A stretch of 64,000 nucleotides of DNA, taken from Nitrosopumilus sp. (GTDB lineage: Archaea; Thermoproteota; Nitrososphaeria; Nitrososphaerales; Nitrosopumilaceae). The notes beneath the pieces were generated by a model, which made no database searches, was not told where the DNA came from, and saw nothing but the letters and a program-made list of their open reading frames with translations. The stretch is taken from NCBI GenBank assembly GCA_965214775.1, contig OZ243974.1:960001-1024000 (forward strand). The letters are read 5' to 3'. Position 1 is the first letter of the stretch. Each line of letters begins with the position of its first letter. The position numbers were made by a program, and so were the translations under genes. Below are positions 42,440-53,490 of the stretch, piece by piece.

Positions 42440-42510
42440 TACAGAAAAAATCCCTGATGATTTTAAAAACGTTCTACCTGTTTCTCAGATAATTTTGATG
42501 TTTGTACCAG

Positions 42511-43959
42511 CTAGGCGTCTGCATACATTGACACTTCCCAAGCAGTGGGCGTTTGTGCAAATGCCGTGTATTCCTTGTATTTTAGCTCAGAATAAACGTC
42601 AAGGAAATCTTTTGTAAATACCTCGTCCAAAAAGGAGGAATCGCTTGAAAGCGAGTCCAATGCGCCTTTCAAGGATACGGGCAACGAGCCAATGTTGTAT
42701 TCGCGCTTCTTTTCCGGAGTAAGTTTGTAAACATTTTCTTCAATAGGATCACCGGGATCAATTTTGTTCTTGATTCCGTCTAATCCTGCCAGGAGCAAGG
42801 CTGCTTCTAGGAGATAGATGTTTGCAGTCGGATCAGGGACCCTGTATTCAAGCCGTTTGCTCTTTTCTTGGTTTCTGTTATACATTGGGACGCGAATTGC
42901 AGCTGAACGGTTGGCCAGCCCCCAGCATACGTTGACTGGAGCCTCGAATCCGGGAACCAGTCGTTTGTAGGAGTTTGTCGTAGGATTTGAAATTGCACAC
43001 AGGGCCGATGCGTGACTAAGAATTCCGCCAATGTAGTATCTTCCGGTCTGGCTCATCTGTGCCAGCTTGTCATCCTGATCGTACATCGCATTTGAATCAC
43101 CGTTCCAAAGGCTTTGATGGGTATGCATTGCAGATGCGTTGTCGCCAAAAATCGGTTTTGGCATAAAAGTTGCAACCTTGTCCTTTCTTTTTGCCTTGAC
43201 TTTAACCAAGTTTTTCACGCCAATGACATTGTCAGCCATTGCAATCATTTCGTCGTATACAAGGTTAATCTCGCACTGTCCGGATGTAGCTACCTCGTGA
43301 TGTTCTGCCTCAATCTTGATTGAAAAATAGTTGTACAAATCATCGCAGACGTCTTTTCTGAAACCTTCAAGAGTGTCCTTTGGTTGTGACGGGTAGTATC
43401 CCTCCTTGATATCAATTGCCGTGCTGACATTGCCTTTTGCCCAAGGGGATTCCTTTGATTCAATTGAATATCCTGAACCGCCATACGAATGGGTAGCAGC
43501 ATATGGAGAAGGATACACGTTGATTGTGTCAAACACAAAAAATTCTATTTCGGGGCCCCAGTTTGCATGGGTAAGTCCCAATCCCTTTAACTTTTCAGAG
43601 GCCTTGAATGCAATGCCTCTTGAATCCCTGTTGTATCTGGAATCTTCAGAGGTGCTTCCATCATACAAATCACAAAATATGCGAGCATTTTTTCTGTTGC
43701 CGGGATCATAATCCGGCGGAAGGATTTTAAACGAATTGGGATCCGGCATGAGAATCATATCAGAATTGTTGACTGATTTAAAGCCAACAATGGAACTTGC
43801 ATCTAGTTTTTCAAGGCCGTTGACGAAGCTGTTTTCATCAATTGCGTAACTTGGCATTCCTACATTGTGCAGTTCCCCAAAAATATCTACAAACCAAAAA
43901 TCAACAAATGAGATTTCCTCGTCCTTTATGGCCTGTAATACTTGATCTGAGCTGTTCAA
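42511..43959 (-). CDS. glnA: glutamine synthetase type I
   Basis: GPEIEFF, HHEVAT, FMPKP, NSYKRLVPGFEAP, RLEYRVPDP. Confidence 0.96.
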   Translation of the reverse strand: MNSSDQVLQAIKDEEISFVDFWFVDIFGELHNVGMPSYAIDENSFVNGLEKLDASSIVGFKSVNNSDMILMPDPNSFKILPPDYDPGNRKNARIFCDLYDGSTSEDSRYNRDSRGIAFKASEKLKGLGLTHANWGPEIEFFVFDTINVYPSPYAATHSYGGSGYSIESKESPWAKGNVSTAIDIKEGYYPSQPKDTLEGFRKDVCDDLYNYFSIKIEAEHHEVATSGQCEINLVYDEMIAMADNVIGVKNLVKVKAKRKDKVATFMPKPIFGDNASAMHTHQSLWNGDSNAMYDQDDKLAQMSQTGRYYIGGILSHASALCAISNPTTNSYKRLVPGFEAPVNVCWGLANRSAAIRVPMYNRNQEKSKRLEYRVPDPTANIYLLEAALLLAGLDGIKNKIDPGDPIEENVYKLTPEKKREYNIGSLPVSLKGALDSLSSDSSFLDEVFTKDFLDVYSELKYKEYTAFAQTPTAWEVSMYADA

Positions 43960-44043
43960 CCATTAATTTTAGGAAATCGGTTTACTAATGCTAGTTAGTA
44001 AGATAGATTTGTCAATATGGTCAGGTAAATTATAAGATTATTC

Positions 44044-44245
44044 GTAGCAGCTTGGGCCCTGGAAGGTCAGGCGTGAGTTTTGCCGCCAGTGAAGAATGCC
44101 GATCAAGGAATGTGCCCAAAACGGTCTTCCAGTGTGTGCAGTTGAAATCTGGACATTTTTTATCAAAATAGGCACGATATGTCAAAACTACGGTCCGTTT
44201 TTTGATGTGCACACTACGGAACTGCTTTTAGAACCCGATCAGTTA
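44044..44245. mobile_element. C-family MITE carrying an inserted H element (44130-44216)
   Basis: Colinear with the reverse complement of the 41584 copy except for the 87-bp insert. Confidence 0.75.
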
Positions 44246-45595
44246 TTGATTATTGGCCCTTGATGCCTTGAACTGCTCTAATTCCTCTTCAAAAAAGAAT
44301 TTTTCGCCGGATGCAGGCCTGAGATCATCTAACCAGATAGCATTTTCGTCATATTTTGCAAAGAATGGCTTGTGGGCCCAGTCCGGGTTTCTTCCCTGCA
44401 AAAATCTCAAAACCAGCAGCTTTTCCCCATCAAGTTCTGCGGTACCTGCAACCTGGACTTTGCCAGGCGTTGCAGACATACTTGGGCCCCTGACGGTTCT
44501 GGCCAAGCCGCTTACCGAAGAATATGCCTTGATGAAAATTTCATATGCCCTAACCAGGGGAACCCCAAAGTAATGCTGGGCCCCCGTATCCCTAACTACA
44601 AACATATAGTATGGAATGCAGCCTAGCTGAACCTGTCTTCTCCACATTTCTGCCCACATTTCTGCATCGTCGTTGATGTGGGCCAGGATCGGTGACTGTG
44701 TCCGTATCTGGGCTCCCGTCTTTCTTACTTGTTTGATTGCAGCCTTTACTGCAGGCGTTGATAGTTCGTTTAGGTGATTAAAGTGGGCCATAAATGCCAG
44801 ATGCAGGCCGCTGTCAGTAATTTTTGCAAAGGTGTCCAGCATTTCTTGAGAGTCTGAATCCGTCAAAAATTTGTAAGGCCAGTATGACAGTGCTTTTGTC
44901 CCAATTCTTATTGTTTTAAGGTTTGGAGGTTTTGCCTCAATTAGCGTATCGACGTATTTTGAGAAAATTTTTGCCTTCATAATCATTGGATCACCGCCGG
45001 TAAACAGAATGTCGGTGATTTCAGGATGTTCTGAAACATATTGGACAAGCTGCTGGCCTTCCTGCATTGCAAATTTCATCTCGTCCATTCCGACAAATTG
45101 CGGCCATCTAAAGCAGAAACTGCAATATGCGTGACATGTCTGGCTTTGGCTTGGGAAAAACAGGCATGTCTCTTTGTATTTGTGCTGCATCCCATACAGC
45201 TTTGTTCCGTCATTAAGAGCAGGAACATTCAGTTCCATTTGCCCGGCAGGATGCGGGTTTAGCTGCAGGCGAATTTGGTTTGCAACCTCTGCGATTTCCT
45301 TTTTATCAGAAGTGTTTTTCAGCGTTGTTTCCATCAGCTTGTAGTGTTCCGGTTTTAGCATTCCTTTTTGAGGAAATGTCAGGACATACATCGGATCAGT
45401 TGGAATTTTTCCCCAGTCAATCAGCTGCTCGACGACGTAGTTGTTTGCCTTGAAGGGGAGGACATTTCCTACAACCTCCATTTCAATTTTTTTTTCTTCA
45501 GGAAGTTTTTCAATCTGTGGAATGTCCCTAAAGTTTGCCAGAGTATACGATTTTAAAGACGGGGATTCATCCCATGCTGATTCCTGATAGGTCAT
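44243..45595 (-). CDS. KamA-family radical SAM protein
   Basis: CHAYCSFCFR, LFTGGDPM, PYYMF. Confidence 0.88.
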   Translation of the reverse strand: MTYQESAWDESPSLKSYTLANFRDIPQIEKLPEEKKIEMEVVGNVLPFKANNYVVEQLIDWGKIPTDPMYVLTFPQKGMLKPEHYKLMETTLKNTSDKKEIAEVANQIRLQLNPHPAGQMELNVPALNDGTKLYGMQHKYKETCLFFPSQSQTCHAYCSFCFRWPQFVGMDEMKFAMQEGQQLVQYVSEHPEITDILFTGGDPMIMKAKIFSKYVDTLIEAKPPNLKTIRIGTKALSYWPYKFLTDSDSQEMLDTFAKITDSGLHLAFMAHFNHLNELSTPAVKAAIKQVRKTGAQIRTQSPILAHINDDAEMWAEMWRRQVQLGCIPYYMFVVRDTGAQHYFGVPLVRAYEIFIKAYSSVSGLARTVRGPSMSATPGKVQVAGTAELDGEKLLVLRFLQGRNPDWAHKPFFAKYDENAIWLDDLRPASGEKFFFEEELEQFKASRANNQ

Positions 45596-45816
45596 TTAGA
45601 GAATGGTGCGCCTGCCCTTTGTTAAAGGTTACAGGCTCGCTAGCTTGTTGCACAGCCGTGCCTGAACGAGTAAAAACAGCCAAGTTTTGTGCCTGAAACC
45701 GGGATTGTGCAACAGACTGGGCCCATCACGCACAGATTTTCTTAAATAATGATAATATGGGTTAAGGTTTGTATTCTAGGAGATGGGTTGGAGTAAAATG
45801 ATGGTGGTTCGTTGAG

Positions 45817-47556
45817 ATGGCCGAAGAGGAATTATCGCAGATTTCAGCAGGAGAGTTTGAAACGGTTTCCCAACTTTTGGCGTCTTCAGAAGCCTTGCAG
45901 ATGGCATTCTTGATAATGATCGTGGGAATTATCGGAATTGCAATCGGCTATAGAAAATTTTCGTCATGGGTCGGTTCACAAAAGATCTACTACACCAGAC
46001 CCCACCTGTCTAGATTTGTACGAAGGGTAATGCTTCCGTTTTTTGCCATAGCGTTAATCACTGCAATTAACGTGCATATTCAAACGGGTGTCTTGCTTGG
46101 GGAGGATCTGGCAGTCACGACAAGCCAGAACGTGTCTGCCGAAGAGACGTTTGCAAAAATTTTGAATACGTTTAACATCATAGTTATCGGATATACCGTC
46201 TCGCATCTGATACCAATAGGCCTAACAAAGCGTGAGAAATCAATTCTGGAAAAGGGGGATTTTGACGGATGGTTTGAATTACGTGGGTTTGTGGATGACG
46301 ATGACGGCCTGTTTCACAGGTTGTACAAGTGGGTTCCGCCAAAGATAAAACCCGAGGAGATTGACGGGGAGGAATTCGAGGAAAGATTAAAGACGCCAGA
46401 AGGTCACGAATTTTTGGAGAACTTTAGAACAATCAAGGGAAACCCGATAGGAGGATATGAGAAGCTAGTCGAGGATCCATTCGAGGAATGGAAGAAATCT
46501 GAAAGAACAAAGTATGAAAGATACTTTGAGAATTGTGTTACCGGGAACAACCAATCTGGAAGAAAGTTAAGGCCCGGGGCAAAGCCCGATGAGATTTTTC
46601 CCATTGATGTCTGGAGGGAAGAGAAAAGGATTCACGGGTATGAACCGATTATTCCAAGCAATCGCCCGCCAGGATATGCAAAGAGGAAAAGGGAGGGCAT
46701 TCCAAAGTCTGCAAAACAGATCATCCCGGTAGGAATTTTTATTGCAACGATTTTGGGAATCGTTGCATGGTGGGGGGTAGATTTGTTTCTGCTGGCAACT
46801 GCAACCGGCGGGCTTGCAATTGGTCTGGGCTTGGCCTTGCAAGAGACCATGCAGAACTATTTTGCGTACATCTTTATCAGAAAGGACAAGATTTTCGTCG
46901 AGGGCGAGCGGGTAAAGCTGGATACTGGATACAACGGATACGTGCACAAGATCACGCCCAGGGTCACCTATGTCAGAGACGCGCTCAACGAGTCAATGGC
47001 AATCATTCCTACAAGGCAGCTGGTGAATGCCCAAATCGTCAATTACACGCAGGGCGTCAAGATGGTGCCTGCAGTTGTTGAGGTGGGCGTGTCATATCTC
47101 AACGATCCAAAACAGGTTTCTGCAATTCTTGTAAAAGTTGGCAAGCGCGCAATGAAAGAGGTGGTAGATGCCAAGGGCAGGCACCTGATCAGGCAGAGAA
47201 GATGCCCATACCTGGAAAAGAACAGGCCAAGCTGCGGATGTGACAAGGACATTCACGTTGATATCAATCAACCGGTTGTAAGATTCAATCAGTTCAATGA
47301 CTCGTCATTGGACTTTTCGTTATGGGTTTACGTAAGAGATTACGGAGCCCAGTTCAAGACCAAGACAGACATGAGAATCATCATGTACGAGGAATTCAAG
47401 AGATACGACATAAGAATCCCATGGCCGATCAGAACGGTATACCAGGGTGATGAAAAACGCGAACAGGAGGAGATTGACAGGCTTGCCAAAGAAAGAGACG
47501 GGGTCATCGATGAGTTTGGAACAGGCGATATCGGTCATGGCAGCGGTGAGGATTAG
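45817..47556 (+). CDS. MscS-family mechanosensitive channel
   Basis: GLGLALQETMQNYFA, VGVSY, IRIPWP. Confidence 0.88.
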   Translation: MAEEELSQISAGEFETVSQLLASSEALQMAFLIMIVGIIGIAIGYRKFSSWVGSQKIYYTRPHLSRFVRRVMLPFFAIALITAINVHIQTGVLLGEDLAVTTSQNVSAEETFAKILNTFNIIVIGYTVSHLIPIGLTKREKSILEKGDFDGWFELRGFVDDDDGLFHRLYKWVPPKIKPEEIDGEEFEERLKTPEGHEFLENFRTIKGNPIGGYEKLVEDPFEEWKKSERTKYERYFENCVTGNNQSGRKLRPGAKPDEIFPIDVWREEKRIHGYEPIIPSNRPPGYAKRKREGIPKSAKQIIPVGIFIATILGIVAWWGVDLFLLATATGGLAIGLGLALQETMQNYFAYIFIRKDKIFVEGERVKLDTGYNGYVHKITPRVTYVRDALNESMAIIPTRQLVNAQIVNYTQGVKMVPAVVEVGVSYLNDPKQVSAILVKVGKRAMKEVVDAKGRHLIRQRRCPYLEKNRPSCGCDKDIHVDINQPVVRFNQFNDSSLDFSLWVYVRDYGAQFKTKTDMRIIMYEEFKRYDIRIPWPIRTVYQGDEKREQEEIDRLAKERDGVIDEFGTGDIGHGSGED

Positions 47557-47604
47557 TAGCGGGCTTCTCAAAACTTAAGAAACCCAACGGGCCACAATTT
47601 TGTA

Positions 47605-48501
47605 TTGAAGAGTATTGTTTCTGTAATATCCGGAAAGACATCCGAAGAGCTGGCTAGAAGGATTTCAAGGAAAATCGGCGCCAATCTTGTAAAATCAGAG
47701 ATTCGGGCCTTTCCCGATGGCGAGTCAAAGATCACCGTATCAGGAAAGATTTCCAAGAAAAGATCTGTAGTTGTCCAATCGATTTTTCCGCCGGTGGATA
47801 CAAACCTGATTCATGCGTTATCGTTGATTGCCAAGGCAAAGGAGACATCATCAAAAGTGACAGCTGTCATTCCATACATGGGATATGCCAGGCAGGACAG
47901 GGAATTTCTTCCCGGCGAAATTGTTACAATGAAAGTCCTGGCTAAATTGTTCAGGGGGGCAGGGGCATCAGACATCGTATCAGTGGACATTCACAGCCTG
48001 GTTGGAATCAAACACTTTAGGATCAGGGTCAAAAACGTAAGCGCGGTTCGGGATTTGGCGGAATATTTCAAAAAAATGAGGCTGAAAGACCCTCTTGTCG
48101 TTTCGCCGGATCAGGGCGGAAAAGACAGGGCAGAAGAGTTTGCCGGGGAACTAGGCTCGGGGTTTATTGCACTTGAGAAGAAGCGGGACAGAAGGACTGG
48201 AAGGGTGCAGATCAGGACAAAGAATACGAGCAAGGCAGTAGTTGGGCGAGATCTGATTTTAGTTGACGACATGATCAGCACCGGTGGGAGTATTGTAAAG
48301 GCAACACAGTTTCTTAAAAAGCAAAAATGTAAGAGAATCTTTGTTGCGTGTACCCATGCTCTGCTGATAAACGGTGCGGAGGCAAAAATTAGGAAGGCCG
48401 GGGTCTCGAAAATTATCAGTGCAAACACCATACCGGGAAGGACATCAATAGTGGATGTTTCTGATTCGGTTGCAAAGGCAATAGCACAGTCAGCCAAGTG
48501 A
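47605..48501 (+). CDS. prs: ribose-phosphate pyrophosphokinase
   Basis: FPDGE, PYMGYARQDR, LVDDMISTGGS. Confidence 0.95.
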   Translation: MKSIVSVISGKTSEELARRISRKIGANLVKSEIRAFPDGESKITVSGKISKKRSVVVQSIFPPVDTNLIHALSLIAKAKETSSKVTAVIPYMGYARQDREFLPGEIVTMKVLAKLFRGAGASDIVSVDIHSLVGIKHFRIRVKNVSAVRDLAEYFKKMRLKDPLVVSPDQGGKDRAEEFAGELGSGFIALEKKRDRRTGRVQIRTKNTSKAVVGRDLILVDDMISTGGSIVKATQFLKKQKCKRIFVACTHALLINGAEAKIRKAGVSKIISANTIPGRTSIVDVSDSVAKAIAQSAK

Positions 48502-48663
48502 AAAGTACTAAAAAATCAAGTAAAAACAGAAGATGGGCAGAAGCACGATGCCTGAATATCAAGACAAAACAACAAACCTCATTTACTTTTTACTTAGCTG
48601 ATAATGCCAGAAAGTTTTTTCTGTATTAGCTAGAGAGCAATTGGAATCAGCTACATGTGAAAT

Positions 48664-48870
48664 AGACTTTATGTGTAATCGGCTTGAATGAGATGAATTT
48701 GTTCATAATAATCGTAATAGGATAGCCCCTGCCTAGGCGGCAATCAGGCACGAATCTGCCTGCAGTTGTGATTTTCATGCCTGAACAGACGGTGGGCATG
48801 ACTTTAACTCTAGGCAGGGACTAACCTATTACTAATAATCCTAGATCTGAACCGATTACGCATAAAGTCT
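48664..48870. mobile_element. D-family MITE (TSD AAT) containing a 119-bp IS66-type MITE (48714-48832, TSD TAATAATC)
   Basis: 207 - 119 - 8 = 80 bp, the length of the D copy at 53331. Confidence 0.9.
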
Positions 48871-48871
48871 A

Positions 48872-49327
48872 ATGGTTGCAACGACAAAAGTGTATGATCA
48901 GTTCTCTAAAACCGAAATAATTTCAAATTCAGTAACTGTCCAATCAAAAACCGGTCAGGAACAAACTTTAGGACGCGCATCTTTTCCCAAAAAATCAGGA
49001 CGCATATTAAGAAGAATGCCAAGATTGTCTCTCAGCGAAGAAGGATTTGAGGCACTAAAAATACCAACATTTGTGTGTAGAATAATCAGTTTGTCTTCAA
49101 ATCAATTTAGCGTTCAAGAATTGGAAAGTTCGATGGGAGACGACATGATTTCAAAATTTTTAAAAGCAAAAGCAAAGTCTGGCAATCCGGGCATCATTGT
49201 TTGTCTAACCTTTACGGATAAAGAAAGTTTCTTTGGATTTTCTAAAAAGAGCAACAGGACAGAAAGGCAAAAAAAGTGTAAAGTCATCCTAATGAATCCG
49301 TTGGAGGTCAACAGGAACCATGCTTAA
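48872..49327 (+). CDS. hypothetical protein
   Basis: 151-aa AT-rich ORF. Confidence 0.5.
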   Translation: MVATTKVYDQFSKTEIISNSVTVQSKTGQEQTLGRASFPKKSGRILRRMPRLSLSEEGFEALKIPTFVCRIISLSSNQFSVQELESSMGDDMISKFLKAKAKSGNPGIIVCLTFTDKESFFGFSKKSNRTERQKKCKVILMNPLEVNRNHA

Positions 49328-49362
49328 TTTGATCGGATTAAAGAAAGGTTAGGTAGCATGGT

Positions 49363-49965
49363 TTAACATTTTAGTTGGATTTTACGTATTGTCTTTTCTC
49401 CAAAATCAGTGACATCTACTTGCTTTGGTCTGCCGTATTTTATTCTGTCGTCCGTATTCAACCATGACTTGATGTCTTGATACTTCTCTTCCTCAATTAT
49501 GATGCAATCTTTTGATGTGTGCTTTGACAATCTATCGCAAAGATTGACTGGAACTCCGTAAACATCTGGTTCTTTTGATGTCTTTATTTTTTCGATAGTT
49601 CCGGCCGTTATTGTTACTTTGGTGCATAATCCTTTCCCGTATTTTTTGAAATTGTGAATTATGTTTAGTGCAGACTGACATGCTTTTGGTGCGTTTTGAA
49701 ATGTTGCCAAAACTGCATCGCCTAATTCCTTTATGACAGTTCCATTGTTTTCTTCCACCAAATTACGGCACACCTTGTTGTGGTTTAGCATTTCCGTAAT
49801 CGTTTCTTCTTGATTTTTGATCATCTTCCTTGTTGACCCGGTAAGATCGAAATGCGTCACTGCACAAACGTTTCGTTCACGTTTTAGTTCTTTGACAAAT
49901 GCTTTTGCTTGGGATATTTTCTTTAGATGGTTTGAATCAAATGAATTTATGCTGTTGTTTGACAT
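49363..49965 (-). CDS. stand-alone class III nucleotidyl cyclase
   Basis: FDLTGST, IKELGDAVL, DVYGVPVNLCDRL. Confidence 0.88.
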   Translation of the reverse strand: MSNNSINSFDSNHLKKISQAKAFVKELKRERNVCAVTHFDLTGSTRKMIKNQEETITEMLNHNKVCRNLVEENNGTVIKELGDAVLATFQNAPKACQSALNIIHNFKKYGKGLCTKVTITAGTIEKIKTSKEPDVYGVPVNLCDRLSKHTSKDCIIIEEEKYQDIKSWLNTDDRIKYGRPKQVDVTDFGEKTIRKIQLKC

Positions 49966-49987
49966 GGTGATTGTAATTTTAAATTGC

Positions 49988-50266
49988 TTATTTTAAAAGT
50001 AGTTGCAGATATATGCCATCAACAATTGTCAAATCAATTATTTTTTGCAGGTCGTCTTTTTTACCCGTCACATCAATTATTTTTTGCTGTACGTTGTTCT
50101 TTTCGCACCCCCACAGTTTTGATTTTGCCTTTATCTGCTTTTCTTTTGGGGGTTCCAAGTCCAAATTAAATCCAATCTTTTTAGAGTAATCTTGGATTAT
50201 GGATACGCTTTTCTGAATTTTTGAATCATCATAGCCTGTGAGAATTATTTGAGCTGTTTTGGTCAT
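49988..50266 (-). CDS. divergent uS10-like protein
   Basis: AQIILTGYD...IQDYSKKIG...QKIIDV...DGIYLQL resembles the uS10 pattern. Confidence 0.55.
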   Translation of the reverse strand: MTKTAQIILTGYDDSKIQKSVSIIQDYSKKIGFNLDLEPPKEKQIKAKSKLWGCEKNNVQQKIIDVTGKKDDLQKIIDLTIVDGIYLQLLLK

Positions 50267-50441
50267 ATTCTATATTGTTTTCCTAAGATAAAATTATTGC
50301 TTTGTTTTATTTTAATTGAAGATTTTGTCAAATATGCCAACTAAGATTCCAATATTTGGAAATTATATAATCTTTTCAGATCAATCTGGACAAGTGTCTA
50401 GGTCACTTGGCAATCTAGGCGTGAAAATTCCATTCGGGTTT

Positions 50442-50552
50442 GTAACAGGTCGGGCTCTGGAAGCTGCTCCTGATTTTAGGCACGAATCTACACGGGAGAC
50501 CTCCCCGAGATAACAAAACTCGCGCCTGAACTTCCAGAGCCCGACCTGTTAC
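50442..50552. mobile_element. C-family MITE, complete
   Basis: Perfect TIR GTAACAGGTCGGGCTCTGGAAG; 8-bp TSD TCGGGTTT. Confidence 0.92.
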
Positions 50553-50591
50553 TCGGGTTTGCTATTCGTGCCTAATTCAATGGACTACCTA

Positions 50592-50670
50592 TAGCAACGA
50601 GCAGAAATAATTGGGGTTTTTTACGTGTAGTTATGACCTACTTTGACTCAAAGACTTCTGCCCGTTGCTA
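50592..50670. mobile_element. A-family MITE
   Basis: 79 bp, TA TSD. Confidence 0.9.
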
Positions 50671-51070
50671 TAAACACTTGCCAATCGGGATAATGGGATG
50701 GCGCCTTCCTCTTAGAAGCAGGATTGATAAAAATCAAGCAGATGAGGATAGATTTCAATGAAGAGATGTGTGAAGTTTCTAAAGGAATGCCAAGGTAAAC
50801 GGCTGCAAAAATCAAAAGTCGTACAGGATGAACTTTGCAGACTAGCTGGGATTGGTAATGAATTTCAAGGAACTGTGACTGCTGATTTGCCCCACAAGGA
50901 ATCCAAAAGCAGTTAAAGATCCCAAAATTTGATAAAGGAGCCCTTTGACAACCCCAAAAAGAAGGGATTTGCAATCACGTTCAAAGGAGTCAGGAGAAGG
51001 ACTGGTTGAAGGGGTTCAAAAAATATCAAATCCATAGGCATAAAAGCTTGGCAGGGACAGTCTTGATAAA

Positions 51071-51970
51071 ATGAAATTGGTATTTTTGGGAACATCGGCT
51101 GCACAGCCTACAGAAGACAGAGGACTCTCATGCGTTTGTCTCGTGAGGGAAGGCGAGATCATCATGTTTGATGCAGGAGAAGCCGCGCAAATTTCGTACA
51201 TGAAGTCCGGATTGGGCTGGAACAGAAAAATGAAGATTTTTGTAACTCACCTGCACGGGGATCATTGCATAGGAATTCTGGGATTGTTACAAACAATGTC
51301 GATGCAAAAAAGAACAGAGACATTGGAAATTTTTGGGCCGGGAGGAATTGAGGAATTTGTTGCGGCAAACATCAAAATTTTAAATTTTGGCCTGTCATTT
51401 CCGGTTCTGATTAATACGGTCAAGGAAGGAAGGGTATTTGACGACGAAGGGTATTCAATGTATGCTTCAAAGGCAAATCACTCCGTCACAGCCTATTCCT
51501 ATAGGTTTGAAGAAAAAGACAAGCCCGGCAGATTCAATGTTGAAAAGGCAAAGGCACTGGAAATTCCTCGAGGAGAACTGTGGAACAAGCTGCAAAAGGG
51601 AAGAGAGATCCCAATCAATGACAAAGTTATCAGGCCTGATCAAGTTTTGGGAGAAAGACGTCCCGGTAAGAAAATTGGAGTTTCAGGAGATACGATTCCT
51701 ACAGAAGAGTTGGAGAGATTCTTCAAAGATTGCGATTACCTGGTGTTTGATTCGACGTTTTTGGAAGAAGAAGGCCAAAAGGCATCAGATACAGGTCATT
51801 CGACTGCAAAACAGGCAGCAACGTTAGCAAAAAATGCAAACGTAAAAAATCTAATTTTAACACACTTTTCTGCAAGATACAGGGATGAAACCGGCCATAT
51901 GCAAGAGGCAGCGCAAATACACGATTCGGTGATTGCTGCAAAAGATCTCTTGGAAATAGAGATCAAATGA
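51071..51970 (+). CDS. rnz: ribonuclease Z
   Basis: [28 protein letters not shown]. Confidence 0.96.
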   Translation: MKLVFLGTSAAQPTEDRGLSCVCLVREGEIIMFDAGEAAQISYMKSGLGWNRKMKIFVTHLHGDHCIGILGLLQTMSMQKRTETLEIFGPGGIEEFVAANIKILNFGLSFPVLINTVKEGRVFDDEGYSMYASKANHSVTAYSYRFEEKDKPGRFNVEKAKALEIPRGELWNKLQKGREIPINDKVIRPDQVLGERRPGKKIGVSGDTIPTEELERFFKDCDYLVFDSTFLEEEGQKASDTGHSTAKQAATLAKNANVKNLILTHFSARYRDETGHMQEAAQIHDSVIAAKDLLEIEIK

Positions 51971-52187
51971 ATGCCTTTGAGCCAGTCAGAGAGAGGTTAC
52001 TAGGCATTCTTCCCGGAAGTTCCGCGTAAAACGGATCCAAATCTGACACAATTCAAACCAGGTAGCCTCCGGCTGCAGATCCTCCGCAGGTGGTTGCCGC
52101 CATCTGCACGGCGGCCACGAGTCAGGCACTGCAAAGACCAATACAATGCCCATCCATCTCCTTGCATACCTGTCAAAGTCCCACTTA

Positions 52188-52274
52188 CAGTGCGGACAAT
52201 TGAAAATGGAACATTTCTTGCCGAGGCAGGCACGATATGTCAAAATTACGTTCCATTTTTTGATGTGTACACTA
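52188..52274. mobile_element. H-family MITE-like repeat
   Basis: Similar to 44130-44216. Confidence 0.65.
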
Positions 52275-52310
52275 CAGAATCTAGATTAGTGTGGTGCATT
52301 CAACATATGT

Positions 52311-53049
52311 CATGTCTGAGAACGTTTCTGAAGAAAGATGTATCATCATTCCTGATATCCACAATGATTTTCAAACCGCTGAAAAAATAATTCAGTATGA
52401 AAAGCCAGACAAGGTAGTTTTTCTCGGGGATTATTTTGACAGTTTTTATGACACCGGCAGGGATGCTGCAAGGACTGCAGAGTGGCTGGTCAAATCATTG
52501 AAAACAAAAAACAGAGTTCATCTGTTCGGAAATCATGATCTTGGATACATGACAGGCAACCGCAATTTGAAGTGCTCTGGTTTTGCTGAGGAAAAATATC
52601 ATTCAATTAAAAGGCACTCCATTCCATGGAAAGAACTTGGAGCATATTATTGGCTTGATAAAAATTGGCTTTGCACACATGCGGGCGTATCATATGACTT
52701 TCTCAAGCAACATGGCTCGTCAAAAACCGATTCCATCCACAAAATCTTGGATCTCTCAAAGAAGGATTTGGAAAAAATTGATGACGAGTCTTTTGCCCAT
52801 ACATTTTTTCAGGTGGGATACTTTAGAGGCGGCTCAAATGGTGTGGGGGGTCCTCTATGGTGTGATTATGATGAATTCGTGCCCATTCCCGGCCTAAACC
52901 AGATATTTGGCCACACAAAATCCGACTCTGTCAGATATGTCAGAGCTGAGAATTCGGTGAACTGTTGCATTGATACGGGTCTTGACCATTATGCTGTTTA
53001 TCATGAACATACAGTAAAAATCAAAGAAAATCTCATTTCCAAAAAATGA
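52311..53049 (+). CDS. calcineurin-like metallophosphoesterase
   Basis: DIH, GDYFD, GNHD, THAG, FGHT. Confidence 0.88.
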
Positions 53050-53330
53050 ACGTGTGCGAGGTCACGTATGCCTTGACACCGTTTCCATTCTGGTTACAAA
53101 ACAACAGCTCATTTTGTTCCGGTTTGATGTGTAGATTCGCTGTACCTGGTTTGATTGAGAACTTTTCGTGACTGGATATGAACGAGGCTCAAAGACTGGT
53201 GATCACATACGGATCTTTGTACTCAACCCAGCAGTCTCCAAAGAATTCTGTAAGAACATCTGCCATTACTCAAGGAATCGCCAAATCAAAATCATTCGCG
53301 ATTAGCATCTCATGATCAATTGAGAGCAGT

Positions 53331-53410
53331 AGACTTTATGCGTAATCGACTTGAATGAGACAGATTTGTTCGTAACAATCCTAGTTTTGAATCGATTACG
53401 CATAAGGTCT
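53331..53410. mobile_element. D-family MITE (80 bp)
   Basis: Ends match the ISL2-like TIRs; TSD AGT. Confidence 0.9.
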
Positions 53411-53490
53411 AGTCTATTCTCCGGCCATCTACGAAATGTGCTGAAAAATCTGGCAAAAACGGAAAACCAAGGCACGAGACACGCCTTAAA

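Noticed and set aside
50692-51050. Possible gene upstream of rnz
   Set aside because: The frame I translated has multiple stops and no recognisable motif; at most a decayed remnant.
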